Source: Candidatus Velthaea sp.
Lineage (GTDB): Bacteria; Vulcanimicrobiota; Vulcanimicrobiia; Vulcanimicrobiales; Vulcanimicrobiaceae
Direction: 5' to 3'
Assembly (NCBI GenBank): GCA_965214935.1
Contig: CBDCCS010000022.1
Location: 544,001 to 608,000, forward strand
Length of the DNA: 64,000 nucleotides
Each line of letters opens with the position of its first letter. The stretch's first letter is position 1. Both the position numbers and the translations under genes were made by a program. The notes below the pieces were generated by a model, which was not told the DNA's origin, did not search any database, and worked only from the letters and a program-made list of their open reading frames with translations. This document shows, piece after piece, positions 18,504-28,570 of the stretch.

Positions 18504-19748
18504 TCAGACCGCATCGTTCGGCACGGAGTTGCCCGTCACGGGCGTGCCGGGCATGCGTTGGGCGAATGCCAGACGTGCCCGGCGTTGCGGATTCACCGCG
18601 GCGTACATCCGCGCCAGCGCGACTGTTTCAGCCACGTCGTGCACGCGCAGTAGGCGCGCGCCGGCGGCGATGCCGAGGCCGGCAGTCGCCAGCGACGGCA
18701 CCAGCAACGCTTGCGCCGGGCGATTGAAAAGCCGCCCGATGAAGCTCTTGCGCGAACTTGCAAATAGGATCGGGAATCCGAGTGCGGTGAGTTCGCTGAA
18801 CCGGTCGAGTATCTCTAAATCGGTCGCCGGTTCCTTACCGAACTCGAGACCCGGGTCGATTGCGATCGATTCGCGAGCGACGCCGGCGGCCAGCGCAAGT
18901 TCGATCCGCTCGTGCAAGAACTCGACGATCTCGCCGAGTGCGTCCGCGTACACGTACGTGCTTGCGGATCGGACGTTGAGTTCGCCCTTGAGATGCATGA
19001 TGACCAGACCCGCACCGTAACCTGCAACGACGCCCGCGAGCGCCGGATCCGCCAGGCCGCTACAGTCGTTGATGAGATCGGCACCGGCGTCGAGCGACGC
19101 TCGGGCGACCTCGGCTTTGGAGGTATCGACCGATACCGCGAGGCCCAAGCCCGCCGCAACGACGGCACGGACGGCCGGAACGACCCGGCGGCTTTCCTCT
19201 TCGGCTGCAATGCGGGGGTTCCAATGGGCGTACGATTGGCCGCCGATATCCACGAGCGCAGCGCCGTCGGCCGCCATTACACTCGTGCGTGCGACGACGT
19301 CGCCGATGTCGTTCGCCCGCTCGTAGAACGAGTCGGGCGTAACGTTCACGATGCCCATGACCGCCGCTTCCGCCGCGAGGTCGAGCGTCCGGCTCCGCAG
19401 CCGCAACCGGACCGGCAGCGTACGCGCATCGCCGGCAGCGTGCGCGAGTGCGGCGATCTCCGCACCGGCATCCGGCAAGGCCGCCGCGGCACGTGTCAAT
19501 TGCTCGGGGGTCGCCACCGTTGCGACGAAGCTGCCGGCAGCGACCGCCGTCGCTCCCGCCGCGCGCAGCGCGGCAACGAGCGCATTGCTTTTCGCGATGT
19601 CGCCGGTCTCGAGCGCGGCAATCGGTGCGCAGTGACGGGCAAGTAACCGGGCAGCGTCGTCGGAGCCGAAGTGCTCGGCAAGCCGGACCGCGAGTCCGGC
19701 TTCGTTCGTCGCGCTTAAAATGCGACCGAGAAGCGGGAAGCGGCTCAA
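18504..19748 (-). CDS. folP: Dihydropteroate synthase with ~120-aa N-terminal extension
   Basis: MGIVNVTPDSF, SVDT, INDCSG, MH, DPG, SRKSFIG, LRVHDV. Confidence 0.88.
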   Translation of the reverse strand: MSRFPLLGRILSATNEAGLAVRLAEHFGSDDAARLLARHCAPIAALETGDIAKSNALVAALRAAGATAVAAGSFVATVATPEQLTRAAAALPDAGAEIAALAHAAGDARTLPVRLRLRSRTLDLAAEAAVMGIVNVTPDSFYERANDIGDVVARTSVMAADGAALVDIGGQSYAHWNPRIAAEEESRRVVPAVRAVVAAGLGLAVSVDTSKAEVARASLDAGADLINDCSGLADPALAGVVAGYGAGLVIMHLKGELNVRSASTYVYADALGEIVEFLHERIELALAAGVARESIAIDPGLEFGKEPATDLEILDRFSELTALGFPILFASSRKSFIGRLFNRPAQALLVPSLATAGLGIAAGARLLRVHDVAETVALARMYAAVNPQRRARLAFAQRMPGTPVTGNSVPNDAV

Positions 19749-19851
19749 CGTTCGGACGGCGCGGTCATCGAACGAGGCCTTTGCAACGGCTCGCCGGTCA
19801 CACCTCTGCGGCTCGCTTCAGGCGTCGCCGAAAATCGCCGATGACTTGAAG

Positions 19852-20838
19852 ATGACCACCCAAGCAGGCCTCGTCGGCACCGGCATTCAGCCGCTCATTG
19901 ACGTCGTGAAGGCATCGGGCGCCGACCCGGGCGATTTACGCGCCGTCGTTTGGCAGGCGACCTGGGCTCGCGGCTATGAGGACGTCGTTGCTCCGGTACC
20001 GGCGTTGCGGCTTAAAGAAGAGGGCTTCGTCGTTTACGCGCGCCGGATCGGTGCCGACAAGTATGCTGCCATCGTCGACACCGCCCATGCGCTCTGGGCG
20101 CTCGTCGCCACGGGCGACCTGCCGCCGGCGGGGGCACGCGTCCGGGTCGTACCGGCTTTCGGGCGGACCGAAGCCGGCTGGGACGTGACGGTGCTCGAAA
20201 CGCTTGGAATCGGATTGACGGTCCGCTTCGGCGGACGTAACGGCGAAACACACAGCTGGGCCGAGCACGTGCGCACGGCGCTCAACCGGATCGTCGACGC
20301 CGAGGCCGACCGCCGCAAAGCAATCGTCGCCGAACGCCGCAACTTCGTCGCAGCCGACCTCATTCTGCCTTTCCGCGAAGAGATCGATGCGCTGCACGAG
20401 CAGATTCGCGTGCGCACGGAAGCCGAGACGGCGGCAACTCCGCAAGAACGCGCGGCGTACGAACGCGGCAATGAAAAACAGCGTAAGGCAATCATCGAGG
20501 ACTGCAAAGTCCGTCGCATCAACCGCTATCAAGAAGAAGTCAAAGCGCTGCGCGCCCGCATCCCCGAATTACAAACCGCCTACGACAAGCGAGTGGCCGC
20601 GAACGCGGAGGTCCGTGCCGCAGTGAGCGAGCTCGAAGATGCCGCATTGCGCAGCCGCTGCGTCTCGGAACGCATCGGAACGGTCGAGAAGCAGCTGACG
20701 GCTATCGAAGCATCGAACTTGCTCGTGACCGGCGATGCCGAACGTCTCGAAGCGCTGACTTCGCGTGATTTCGAGGAGATCGCACAGACGGTCGAATTAC
20801 TGCACGACCTCATTCCGCGACGCGTGCAAAAGCGCTAG
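19852..20838 (+). CDS. Hypothetical protein: beta-rich N-terminal domain plus long C-terminal coiled coil
   Basis: Long ORF with native codon style; E/K/R/A-rich helical C-half; ATG at 19852. Confidence 0.8.
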   Translation: MTTQAGLVGTGIQPLIDVVKASGADPGDLRAVVWQATWARGYEDVVAPVPALRLKEEGFVVYARRIGADKYAAIVDTAHALWALVATGDLPPAGARVRVVPAFGRTEAGWDVTVLETLGIGLTVRFGGRNGETHSWAEHVRTALNRIVDAEADRRKAIVAERRNFVAADLILPFREEIDALHEQIRVRTEAETAATPQERAAYERGNEKQRKAIIEDCKVRRINRYQEEVKALRARIPELQTAYDKRVAANAEVRAAVSELEDAALRSRCVSERIGTVEKQLTAIEASNLLVTGDAERLEALTSRDFEEIAQTVELLHDLIPRRVQKR

Positions 20839-23573
20839 AGCGGCCGCACCGTCTGCGGGGCAAGCGTTCCCGCGATTCGCGAGCGCAAGTCGTCCAGATG
20901 CGCCTGTGTCGCGGCATCATGCGAGCGCGCCGCATCGATGCGGTGTGCGAGTGAAACGAGCGAAGCTCGCGCCAGTGCTTGTGCCTCGCGCGGCAGACTT
21001 AGTGAGTCCAGTACGAAGCCGGGCAGCAAGGCAATTGCCATTTCGAGGTCGGCGAAGCGCCGCTGCAACTCGCGATGCGTCGGTGCGATCCGGCGCGAAT
21101 GCAGGTCGTCGAACACCGCGCCGTTCGTCCAGGCGAATAAGTCGCTAAGCGTCATCGTATCGCCGGCTTTGCTGACTTTGAGCGATTGATCGGCGATGCG
21201 GGCGAGATTCGGCGCGGAAAACATCGAACCGATCGCATCGTCCTGAATTTCGGCGACGACTTCGCGCAACGGGAAATCCGGTCGCCGCAGGTCGCCCGAA
21301 TCCCAATGGAAACCGAAGCGCGTCGCGCTGAGTTCGTTGAGCAATCCCGGCGAATAGCGGAACGCTGCCGATGAAAAGACGTAGCGGTCGATCAAGTCGA
21401 ACGCGCGATGCGCTTGGCTTCGGCTGATCGAGACGAACGGCGGAGCCGATCCGGCTTGGCCGCGATGCGCGCGTGACGTGTAGATTCCGCCGATGTAGCG
21501 TGCGGCCAGGTCGACTGCCGACAACTCGTTATTGAGGATTGTCACGAGCGACGCCCGAATTTCCGGATACGAACGCCGATCGCCGGGATACGGCCGGTCG
21601 AGCGTCTTGGCCAGCAATTCATCGAGCCCGAGTTGTTCGCGGTCGTACCCGAGCGGGTCGCTCGATAAATCGAAGCGCGCGATGTGCGGATCGATGGCAA
21701 CCGGCTCGAGTGCATCTTCATCGGTACCGTACGCAAAGCCGGGTCGCGTCGAGCGCGCGGCGATCGCGCGCAAGAACGGAACCTCTTGCGCCGAGGTCGA
21801 GCTGCCGCGGAACGTCGTGTAGCCGTACGCGATCGCCCAGTAGTCATACGGTCCGAGGCGCGTCGGAAAATAATCGGCTTGACGCTGTCCGGGCGCCGCG
21901 ATGTTCGCCGGCGTGTAATCCATGACCGACGCCGTCGTACCGTGCAGGCGGGTAAAGCGCGGATCGTGCAACTGCGCTCGGGTGTACGCCGTCGAGCCCT
22001 CGAAATTGTGGCGCAATCCCAGGGTATGGCCGACTTCATGCATGACCGTCGAATACAGCCAGCTTTGGGCGTAACGTTCGCGATCCGCAGCGCTGCCGTG
22101 GCCGTGCATCGCGAGGAGCATCGTCCCGAGCGCGGCTTGCGCTTGCGCTTGTCCGGCGAACTCACATAATGCCTCGCTTTGCGGCGCCGGCTCGACCGGC
22201 GCAAGCGCGGCTGCAATGCGATGCAGCGGAACGATCGTATCGATATAGCCGCGTTTGATCGTGCGTAGCGACTCGCCGTCGATCACGACGGTAGCCCGGA
22301 TGATCTGCCCGTCGCGCGGATCGACAACCGACGGTGAATACGCTGAGAAATCCGGCCGATCCGACGTGATCCAGCGAACGGCCGTGTAACGTGCATCGTC
22401 GGGGTCCCATGCCGGATCGCTGGGCTGCTCCTTTACCTCGATCGGTGCGCGTTGTCCGATGCGCGTGAACGCATCGTTCCAAGCTAAAATACCGCGCCGG
22501 ATCGTTGCGCGATACTGCAGCGGAATCTCGTCGGTGAGATAATACGTGATCGGCGCGCGGTGCAGATTCCAACGCTCGATGAAGCGCTCGAACGGCGTTG
22601 CGAGCGAATCGTCGTCGTAGCGTTTACGCGCGGTTATAAAATAACCAACACGATCGTCGGCGTAACGCGCAACGAACGCGGCATCCGGCTCGGGCGGAGC
22701 GACGATGCTATAGTGCACGACGAGCGGGATGCCGCGACCGTCGGGCACGGTCGGCAGCGCGTTGGGCGGGCCGCTGAACGTGAGATTGACGGCAATCTCA
22801 TCGTTGCGCGGAAAGCCCTTCACGCGACCGTAATACGATTTACTTGCATCGATCGAAAACGACGGATGGGCGCCCAAAACGAGCAGCCCGGCAACCGGCG
22901 GCGCCGCGCCCGACCGGCCGAGATCGGCGCCGATACCTTCAAAATCGGTCAAAAAGATCGACGGCGCGATGACGACGCGCCCCGTCGCAGCGTCTTCGGC
23001 AACGATGGGACTGCTGACCAACACCGAATCGGCGACGCTGATCCGTAACGATTTGGCTTGGGCGCTACCATTCGCCGCGACGTAACGCGTGTTGGGACTC
23101 AACCACAGCACGCGCTTACCGACGCGTTTGAACGTCACGAGAAACGGCTCGTATACGCGACCGGCAAAGACGCCGCTACCCACGCCGCTGGCCAGCGACG
23201 GCGCGATAATGTACGTGCGCTCGAAGTTCTCGGGGGCGAGATCCAGGTAGATTTCATCGTCCTTGCGGACAATATCGATCACGCCCGCGATGCGCTCGGC
23301 AGCGTGCACGAATGCTGCGTAACTCTGCGTCGGGGACGCCGCTGCAGGTAACGAGATCGAGACCGGCACGCTGAGCGGCGCGGTTACGCCCGATGCCGCC
23401 GGAGCCGGACTAGGTTCGGCCGCCGGCGACGCCGCGGGCAGCGGCGGCGAGCTCGGCTTCGCGCTCGCAGCCGGCGCTGCGACGGCATCCGGTCGCGGCA
23501 GCGTTTGCCCCTGAGCGCAGGCAAACGCCATTGCAAACGCAGCAACGGCGCACAGCAGGAGACGGTACGGCAT
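20835..23573 (-). CDS. Secreted zinc-dependent metalloprotease (DUF5117/DUF4953, EcxA-like)
   Basis: Signal peptide and Pro/Ala linker; RYADDRVGYF; HEVGHTLGLRHNF (HExxHxxGxxH); Met-turn SVMDY; GPYDYWAIAYGY. Confidence 0.9.
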   Translation of the reverse strand: MPYRLLLCAVAAFAMAFACAQGQTLPRPDAVAAPAASAKPSSPPLPAASPAAEPSPAPAASGVTAPLSVPVSISLPAAASPTQSYAAFVHAAERIAGVIDIVRKDDEIYLDLAPENFERTYIIAPSLASGVGSGVFAGRVYEPFLVTFKRVGKRVLWLSPNTRYVAANGSAQAKSLRISVADSVLVSSPIVAEDAATGRVVIAPSIFLTDFEGIGADLGRSGAAPPVAGLLVLGAHPSFSIDASKSYYGRVKGFPRNDEIAVNLTFSGPPNALPTVPDGRGIPLVVHYSIVAPPEPDAAFVARYADDRVGYFITARKRYDDDSLATPFERFIERWNLHRAPITYYLTDEIPLQYRATIRRGILAWNDAFTRIGQRAPIEVKEQPSDPAWDPDDARYTAVRWITSDRPDFSAYSPSVVDPRDGQIIRATVVIDGESLRTIKRGYIDTIVPLHRIAAALAPVEPAPQSEALCEFAGQAQAQAALGTMLLAMHGHGSAADRERYAQSWLYSTVMHEVGHTLGLRHNFEGSTAYTRAQLHDPRFTRLHGTTASVMDYTPANIAAPGQRQADYFPTRLGPYDYWAIAYGYTTFRGSSTSAQEVPFLRAIAARSTRPGFAYGTDEDALEPVAIDPHIARFDLSSDPLGYDREQLGLDELLAKTLDRPYPGDRRSYPEIRASLVTILNNELSAVDLAARYIGGIYTSRAHRGQAGSAPPFVSISRSQAHRAFDLIDRYVFSSAAFRYSPGLLNELSATRFGFHWDSGDLRRPDFPLREVVAEIQDDAIGSMFSAPNLARIADQSLKVSKAGDTMTLSDLFAWTNGAVFDDLHSRRIAPTHRELQRRFADLEMAIALLPGFVLDSLSLPREAQALARASLVSLAHRIDAARSHDAATQAHLDDLRSRIAGTLAPQTVRPL

Positions 23574-23626
23574 AAATCGGGCTTCAATAGCAGCACTCTT
23601 TGCGCCCGCCGTTGAACGAGTAAAGC

Positions 23627-24307
23627 GTGTTGGAAACGGCGCGCCGCGGGCGCTTGGCAGAATACGCCTACGACTATACAAAGCGGATGCTGTTCGACGG
23701 GCGCCTTGCGCCGGGAGCAAAATTACGCGTTGAGGATGTTGTGGCGTCGCTGCAAACCAGCCGTCAGCCGGTTATGGACGCCTTCAAACGACTGGCTTCC
23801 GAAGGTTACCTTGAGATAACCCCGCAGGTCGGCTGCCGGGTGATCGTCCCGAATCCGGCCGAGATCGCCGATTTCTTCCTGATCCTGGGCGCCGTGCAAG
23901 GTCTGGCGGCCGAAATTGCCGCCGAACGGCACACGCCCGACGAAATTGCAACGCTCGCAGCAATCACCGATCAAATCGAAGCGCTGGCCGATAAGGCGAT
24001 GTCGATTGAAATCGCGCGCACGTATCACGCCTTCGAATATGCGTTTCAAGAACGTTTACGCGCGATGGCGCATTCGCATGCCGTCACGCCGGTCGCCATG
24101 CGTCTGCTCGACCGGCGCGAATTCTACACGACCTGCGTCGCCGACGGCGAAACGACCTACGCACTGCAAATTCGCGACGCCCAGCCGGCGCATCGCGCGA
24201 TCGTCGATGCAATCGCAGCGCGAGACGCCGGACGGGCGCGCGCGCAGGCCGAGGTGCTGGTTCGCCGGCTCGGCCGCTTAACAACCGGCGCTCCGGTCCA
24301 ACCCTAA
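23627..24307 (+). CDS. GntR family transcriptional regulator (FCD-type)
   Basis: wHTH LAPGAKL...SRQPVMDAFKRLASEG; C-terminal HRAIVDAIAARD. Confidence 0.9.
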   Translation: MLETARRGRLAEYAYDYTKRMLFDGRLAPGAKLRVEDVVASLQTSRQPVMDAFKRLASEGYLEITPQVGCRVIVPNPAEIADFFLILGAVQGLAAEIAAERHTPDEIATLAAITDQIEALADKAMSIEIARTYHAFEYAFQERLRAMAHSHAVTPVAMRLLDRREFYTTCVADGETTYALQIRDAQPAHRAIVDAIAARDAGRARAQAEVLVRRLGRLTTGAPVQP

Positions 24308-24328
24308 AAGCGTTGGCCCCGAGCGGCG

Positions 24329-25273
24329 TTACGCCGCTCGGGAATCAACATACGTTAGCCAAGACGCGCCGTTCGGGGCCACTGCTTCACCACGAACGAC
24401 CGCCGCGTATGCCGTGCGTAAGCGGGTCGTGACCGGACCTTCGGGCATTACCCGCTCCTCGAAGCGCGTGATTGGAACGACTTCGGCGGCGGTGCCGGTA
24501 AAGAACGCCTCGTCGGCTTGGACGAGATCGTCAAGGTGCAGCGGCCGAACATCGACGGTCAAGCCTGCGGCACGCGCGAGCGTGATGACGGAGTCGCGTG
24601 TAATGCCCGGCAAGATATCGGCTTCGCGATCGTTCGTTACGAGCGTTCCGGACTTGACGACAAAAACGTTTTCGCCGCTGCCTTCGGCAACTTGACCGCG
24701 GTCGTTCAAGAGGATCGCCTCGTCGAATCCGCGCCGGTTGACCTCGTGCAGCGCGCGAATGGAGTTGGTATAATGGCCGCCGGCTTTAACGTGGGACGGC
24801 AATGCGGCGGACGGCGTCTTCATCACCGTTGAGACAGCCGCGCTGTAATGCGCTTGTCCCGGCCGCAAACCGCTGAACGGCAGCACCGCAATGAGAACGT
24901 TCGTTTCACACACGGTCTCGGGCGCCAGCCGCACGGTATCGCCGCTGTAAAACGCCAACGGACGCACGTACGCCGCATCGCGACCGCTTGCCGCAACCGT
25001 GCGGGCGATATACGTGCAGAGCTCGTCGCCAGTCATCGGCATCGTCATGCCGTAGGCAGCTGCGCCGTGCATGAGCCGCATGACGTGATCGCGCAATCGG
25101 AAAATCGCCGCACCACGCGCCGTCGGATACACGCGAATACCCTCGAATACCGATGAACCGTAATGCAACGCGTGCGTCAAGGCGTGCAAACCGATCGCCG
25201 ACGAGGGCGCGATCGTACCCTCATACCACACGGTCACGGCGTCGGCGAGATCGGGTGCGGGTCGCAGCATCAA
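24329..25273 (-). CDS. ilvE: Branched-chain amino acid aminotransferase (class IV PLP)
   Basis: HALHYGSSVFEGIR, YVRP, KAGGHY, EGSGENVF, ILPGITRDSV, EAFFTGTAAEV. Confidence 0.9.
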   Translation of the reverse strand: MMLRPAPDLADAVTVWYEGTIAPSSAIGLHALTHALHYGSSVFEGIRVYPTARGAAIFRLRDHVMRLMHGAAAYGMTMPMTGDELCTYIARTVAASGRDAAYVRPLAFYSGDTVRLAPETVCETNVLIAVLPFSGLRPGQAHYSAAVSTVMKTPSAALPSHVKAGGHYTNSIRALHEVNRRGFDEAILLNDRGQVAEGSGENVFVVKSGTLVTNDREADILPGITRDSVITLARAAGLTVDVRPLHLDDLVQADEAFFTGTAAEVVPITRFEERVMPEGPVTTRLRTAYAAVVRGEAVAPNGASWLTYVDSRAA

Positions 25274-26991
25274 TGCACGCTGCCGGCGCCGGAGACAGCT
25301 GCCGTGCCGCTGACGCCGGAAGCCGCGCGATCGCGTCGATCGGTCTGCGCCGTAGCGGCGAAATATTCATGGATGAGCGCGATCGCCATGCTGCCTTCAC
25401 CGACCGAGGAAGCCACGCGCTTCACCGACGTACTGCGCACGTCGCCCGCAGCAAAAATCCCCGGCACGCTGGTTTCAAGCGCGAACGGTGAACGCGCCGA
25501 AGCCCAGTCGGCGATGTCGTGACCGGTTACAATATAGCCGTGCGAATCGCGCGCGATTTGCGGCGGAAGCCATGCGGTCTGGGCGTCGGCGCCGATGAAT
25601 GCGAACACGGCGTCGGCCGGACGTTCGCGCGTCTCGGCGGTTGCGTTGCGGGTGACGACCGTCTCGACGTGAGCGCCGCCGCCGACCGCGCTGACCGTCG
25701 TTTGCGTCTCGACGAAGATGTTAGTTTTGGAGCGCAGTTGTTCGATGAGATAATACGACATACTCGCGTCGAGCGATCGTCCGCGCACGAGCAGCGTGAC
25801 GCTCCGTGCGTAGTTCGAGAAAAACATCGCCGCCTGGCCCGCTGAGTTGCCGCCGCCGATGAGAAAGACGTCCTTGCCGCGCGTGCCGAGCGCTTCGGTA
25901 CGCGCCGCACCGTAGTACACGCCACGTCCGACGAACCGGTCTGCACCGTCGCTTTCCAGCTCCCGCCAGGCAACGCCGGTAGCCAGCACGATTGCTCGCG
26001 CGGACAACGTAGCGCCGCCGTCGAGCCGCAGCAGATGCGTGCCGTCCGCGCGCGTCTCAATCGATTGCGCCTCGCGCGTGACGACGATTTCGGTGCCGAA
26101 GCGCTTCGCCTGCAGCAGCGCGCGGTTGGCGAGATCGCCGCCCGAGACACCACCCGGAAAGCCGAGATAATTTTCGATTCGCGATGACGTCCCGGCTTGT
26201 CCGCCGGGGGCCTCGCGCTCGATCATCACCGTTCGCAGTCCCTCGGAACCGCCGTACACCGCCGCCGCCAAACCGGCCGGCCCGCCGCCGACGATCGCCA
26301 CGTCGTAGTCCGCTTCGTGCGGCTCGATTTGCAAATGCAGGCTTTGCGCGAGTTCGCGAATGCTCGGCGCCGTCAAGACCCGCCCGTCGGCCAAAACGAC
26401 GACGGGATGGAGCGCGCTTGCGCGCGCGGCCGCCGGAATGCAGTTCGCATCGCCCGGATCGCCCGGGTCCAGCCACTCGAACGCAATTTGATTGCGCGAC
26501 AGAAAATCGCGGATGTCGTGACAAGCGAAATCGTAGCGGTCGCCGACGATCGTTGCTTGCGTCACGTTCGCCGCCGTATAGTCGGCGCGCATAAAATTAA
26601 CGCGCCGGATCAACGTTTGCGAGACGATCGCGGCGGCCTCGGCGCACTCGGTGATCATTGCATGGAAATCGTTGGCTTCGATGCGCGCGAGACGTGAGGG
26701 GCGCAGGGCGCGCACTGCACCCGCCGCCGGCGTACCGAGCATCAAGGGGACTTCCCCGAAATACTCGGATGGATCGAACGTCGTTACTTGCTGCAACTCG
26801 CCCGCGACGATTTTGACGAACTCGACTTCGCCGTCGAGCACCGCCCAAAAGTACGCCGGGTCGCCGTTTTGCACGACGTATTCACCGGTGCGCGCGTTGA
26901 TGTCGGCTGCGCGCGCCGCGACACGCGAAAGTTGCGCGTGCGACAGCACGTCGAAAACCGGAATCCCGGCAAAGTCGGACGCCGTTATCAT
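25270..26991 (-). CDS. cNMP-binding domain + glutaredoxin-like linker + TrxB-like FAD/NAD(P) oxidoreductase
   Basis: cNMP FGEVPLM; GGGPAGL, PGGQAGTSSRIENYLGFP, ATG, GGGNSAGQAA, ETSVPGIFAAGDVR, KRVASSVGEG. Confidence 0.9.
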   Translation of the reverse strand: MITASDFAGIPVFDVLSHAQLSRVAARAADINARTGEYVVQNGDPAYFWAVLDGEVEFVKIVAGELQQVTTFDPSEYFGEVPLMLGTPAAGAVRALRPSRLARIEANDFHAMITECAEAAAIVSQTLIRRVNFMRADYTAANVTQATIVGDRYDFACHDIRDFLSRNQIAFEWLDPGDPGDANCIPAAARASALHPVVVLADGRVLTAPSIRELAQSLHLQIEPHEADYDVAIVGGGPAGLAAAVYGGSEGLRTVMIEREAPGGQAGTSSRIENYLGFPGGVSGGDLANRALLQAKRFGTEIVVTREAQSIETRADGTHLLRLDGGATLSARAIVLATGVAWRELESDGADRFVGRGVYYGAARTEALGTRGKDVFLIGGGNSAGQAAMFFSNYARSVTLLVRGRSLDASMSYYLIEQLRSKTNIFVETQTTVSAVGGGAHVETVVTRNATAETRERPADAVFAFIGADAQTAWLPPQIARDSHGYIVTGHDIADWASARSPFALETSVPGIFAAGDVRSTSVKRVASSVGEGSMAIALIHEYFAATAQTDRRDRAASGVSGTAAVSGAGSVH

Positions 26992-27003
26992 CGCGCGCGC
27001 CGC

Positions 27004-27867
27004 TTAGCCGGCTGCCGCGACAATGGGGTTTTCGAGCGCGCCGATGATGTCGATCTCAACGCGCACCCGCTCGCCCGCGCGCATCCAACGCTTGGGTTCG
27101 CGCGACGTGCCGACACCCGCGGGCGTACCGGTCGCAATGAGATCGCCCGGTTCGAGCGTCATGATCGAAGAGAGTTCGGCGATCAGCATCGGAACGTTAA
27201 AAATGAGATTCGACGTATTCGACGACTGCAGCATCTCGCCGTCGATCGAGCAGCGAATTCCAAGCGTTTGCGGATCCGGAATTTCGTCGGCGGTTACGAT
27301 GACCGGACCGAGCGGTGCGTGCGTATCGAACGTTTTGCCGAGCATCCATTGCGACGTGCGCATTTGATAGTCGCGCACGCTGACGTCGTTCATGATCGTG
27401 TAACCGGCAACATAGTCGTATGCGCGTTCGGCAGCGATATTTCGACCGCGCTGGCCGATGACGACGACGAGTTCGGCTTCATAATCGACCTTATCGCTTT
27501 GGGCCGGCAATTCGATCGAGGCTCCGTCGCCGATGAGTCCGTTGGCGTATTTGGCAAAAGCGGTAACGTGTTCGGGGACGGGCAAGCCGACTTCGGCGGC
27601 ATGATCGCGGTAATTGAGTCCGATACAAATAATTTTCTGTGGTGTCTGGACGGGTGCCAGAAGCGTTACTCCGGCCGGTGCAAAATGCTCGGCCGGCGGT
27701 GAAGCGGCGAGCGCTGCAAGCCGCGAACCGAACGTCTCGGCGCCCTGTAGATAGGCCAGCAGCGAGGCGGGGAGTTGCGGATCGGCGGCGTTGACGTCGA
27801 TGATGCCGCGCGGCACTTCGACTCCGAAGCGGCTTACGCCGTTAGACGCGAAAGTCAGCAGTCGCAT
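27004..27867 (-). CDS. Fumarylacetoacetate hydrolase family protein
   Basis: KIICIGLNYRDH, VDYEAEL, NDVSVRD, GKTFDT, TGTPAGVG; SD GAGGAG before ATG 27867. Confidence 0.93.
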   Translation of the reverse strand: MRLLTFASNGVSRFGVEVPRGIIDVNAADPQLPASLLAYLQGAETFGSRLAALAASPPAEHFAPAGVTLLAPVQTPQKIICIGLNYRDHAAEVGLPVPEHVTAFAKYANGLIGDGASIELPAQSDKVDYEAELVVVIGQRGRNIAAERAYDYVAGYTIMNDVSVRDYQMRTSQWMLGKTFDTHAPLGPVIVTADEIPDPQTLGIRCSIDGEMLQSSNTSNLIFNVPMLIAELSSIMTLEPGDLIATGTPAGVGTSREPKRWMRAGERVRVEIDIIGALENPIVAAAG

Positions 27868-28570
27868 ACGCTCCTCTTCGTTTCGTCGATCCGCCGTCGA
27901 GTTCGACGACGCTATCGACATGTTCGGCCAGCAAATCGAGGCTGCGCGTCGCGGTGACGACCGTCAGCCCGCGTGCGCGCAGCGCTGCGATTACCGCGAT
28001 GATGCCGGCCGTGTCGCGTAGACCCAAGCCGGCGATCGGCTCGTCGAGCAAAAGCAATTGCGGATCCGTTGCTAACGCACGCGCGATCTCGGCCCGGCGC
28101 TGCACGCCGGCATCGAGCGCTTCGATCGTGACATCGGCGAGATCGGCAAGTCCGGTCAGCGCGAGTACTTCTCGTGCATGCGTGCGCGCGCGCGAGAGAC
28201 CCTTGTGCCGCAATAACGCTCCGACCGTTACGGCTTCGAGCACGCTCATGCCGCGAAAGTTCTGCGGCGATTGATGCGTTCGCGCAACGCCCATTCGCAC
28301 CACGCGCACTTCGGGCCGGCCTTTGATTTCGTAGCCGAAATAGCGAATGCGCCCGCGATTGGGCCGGAGCGCACCGCCAATGCACGCCAGCATCACGGAT
28401 TTACCGGCACCCGCCGGACCGACTAGAGCGGCACAGGTGCCGCGCTTGACGTCGAGATCGGCGCCGGCAAGCACCTGCCGCGTGCCCAAACGTTTGTACA
28501 AGGCTTGAACGGACAACACGTAGTCGCCCATATCGAGGCGCAATTTATCGACGTTGAGCGGACTGATCAT
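27842..28570 (-). CDS. LivG-like ABC ATP-binding protein (H-loop degenerate)
   Basis: GPAGAGKS, RTHQ, EIARALATDPQLLLLDEP; H-loop position reads ATRS; ATG 28570 overlaps the permease stop. Confidence 0.82.
   Translation of the reverse strand: MISPLNVDKLRLDMGDYVLSVQALYKRLGTRQVLAGADLDVKRGTCAALVGPAGAGKSVMLACIGGALRPNRGRIRYFGYEIKGRPEVRVVRMGVARTHQSPQNFRGMSVLEAVTVGALLRHKGLSRARTHAREVLALTGLADLADVTIEALDAGVQRRAEIARALATDPQLLLLDEPIAGLGLRDTAGIIAVIAALRARGLTVVTATRSLDLLAEHVDSVVELDGGSTKRRGAYATADFRV

Noticed and set aside
18504..19748. Acquired sul-type sulfonamide resistance gene
   Set aside because: It lacks the GMGFFL-type insertion of Sul enzymes, sits in a chromosomal pterin operon, and has no mobile context.
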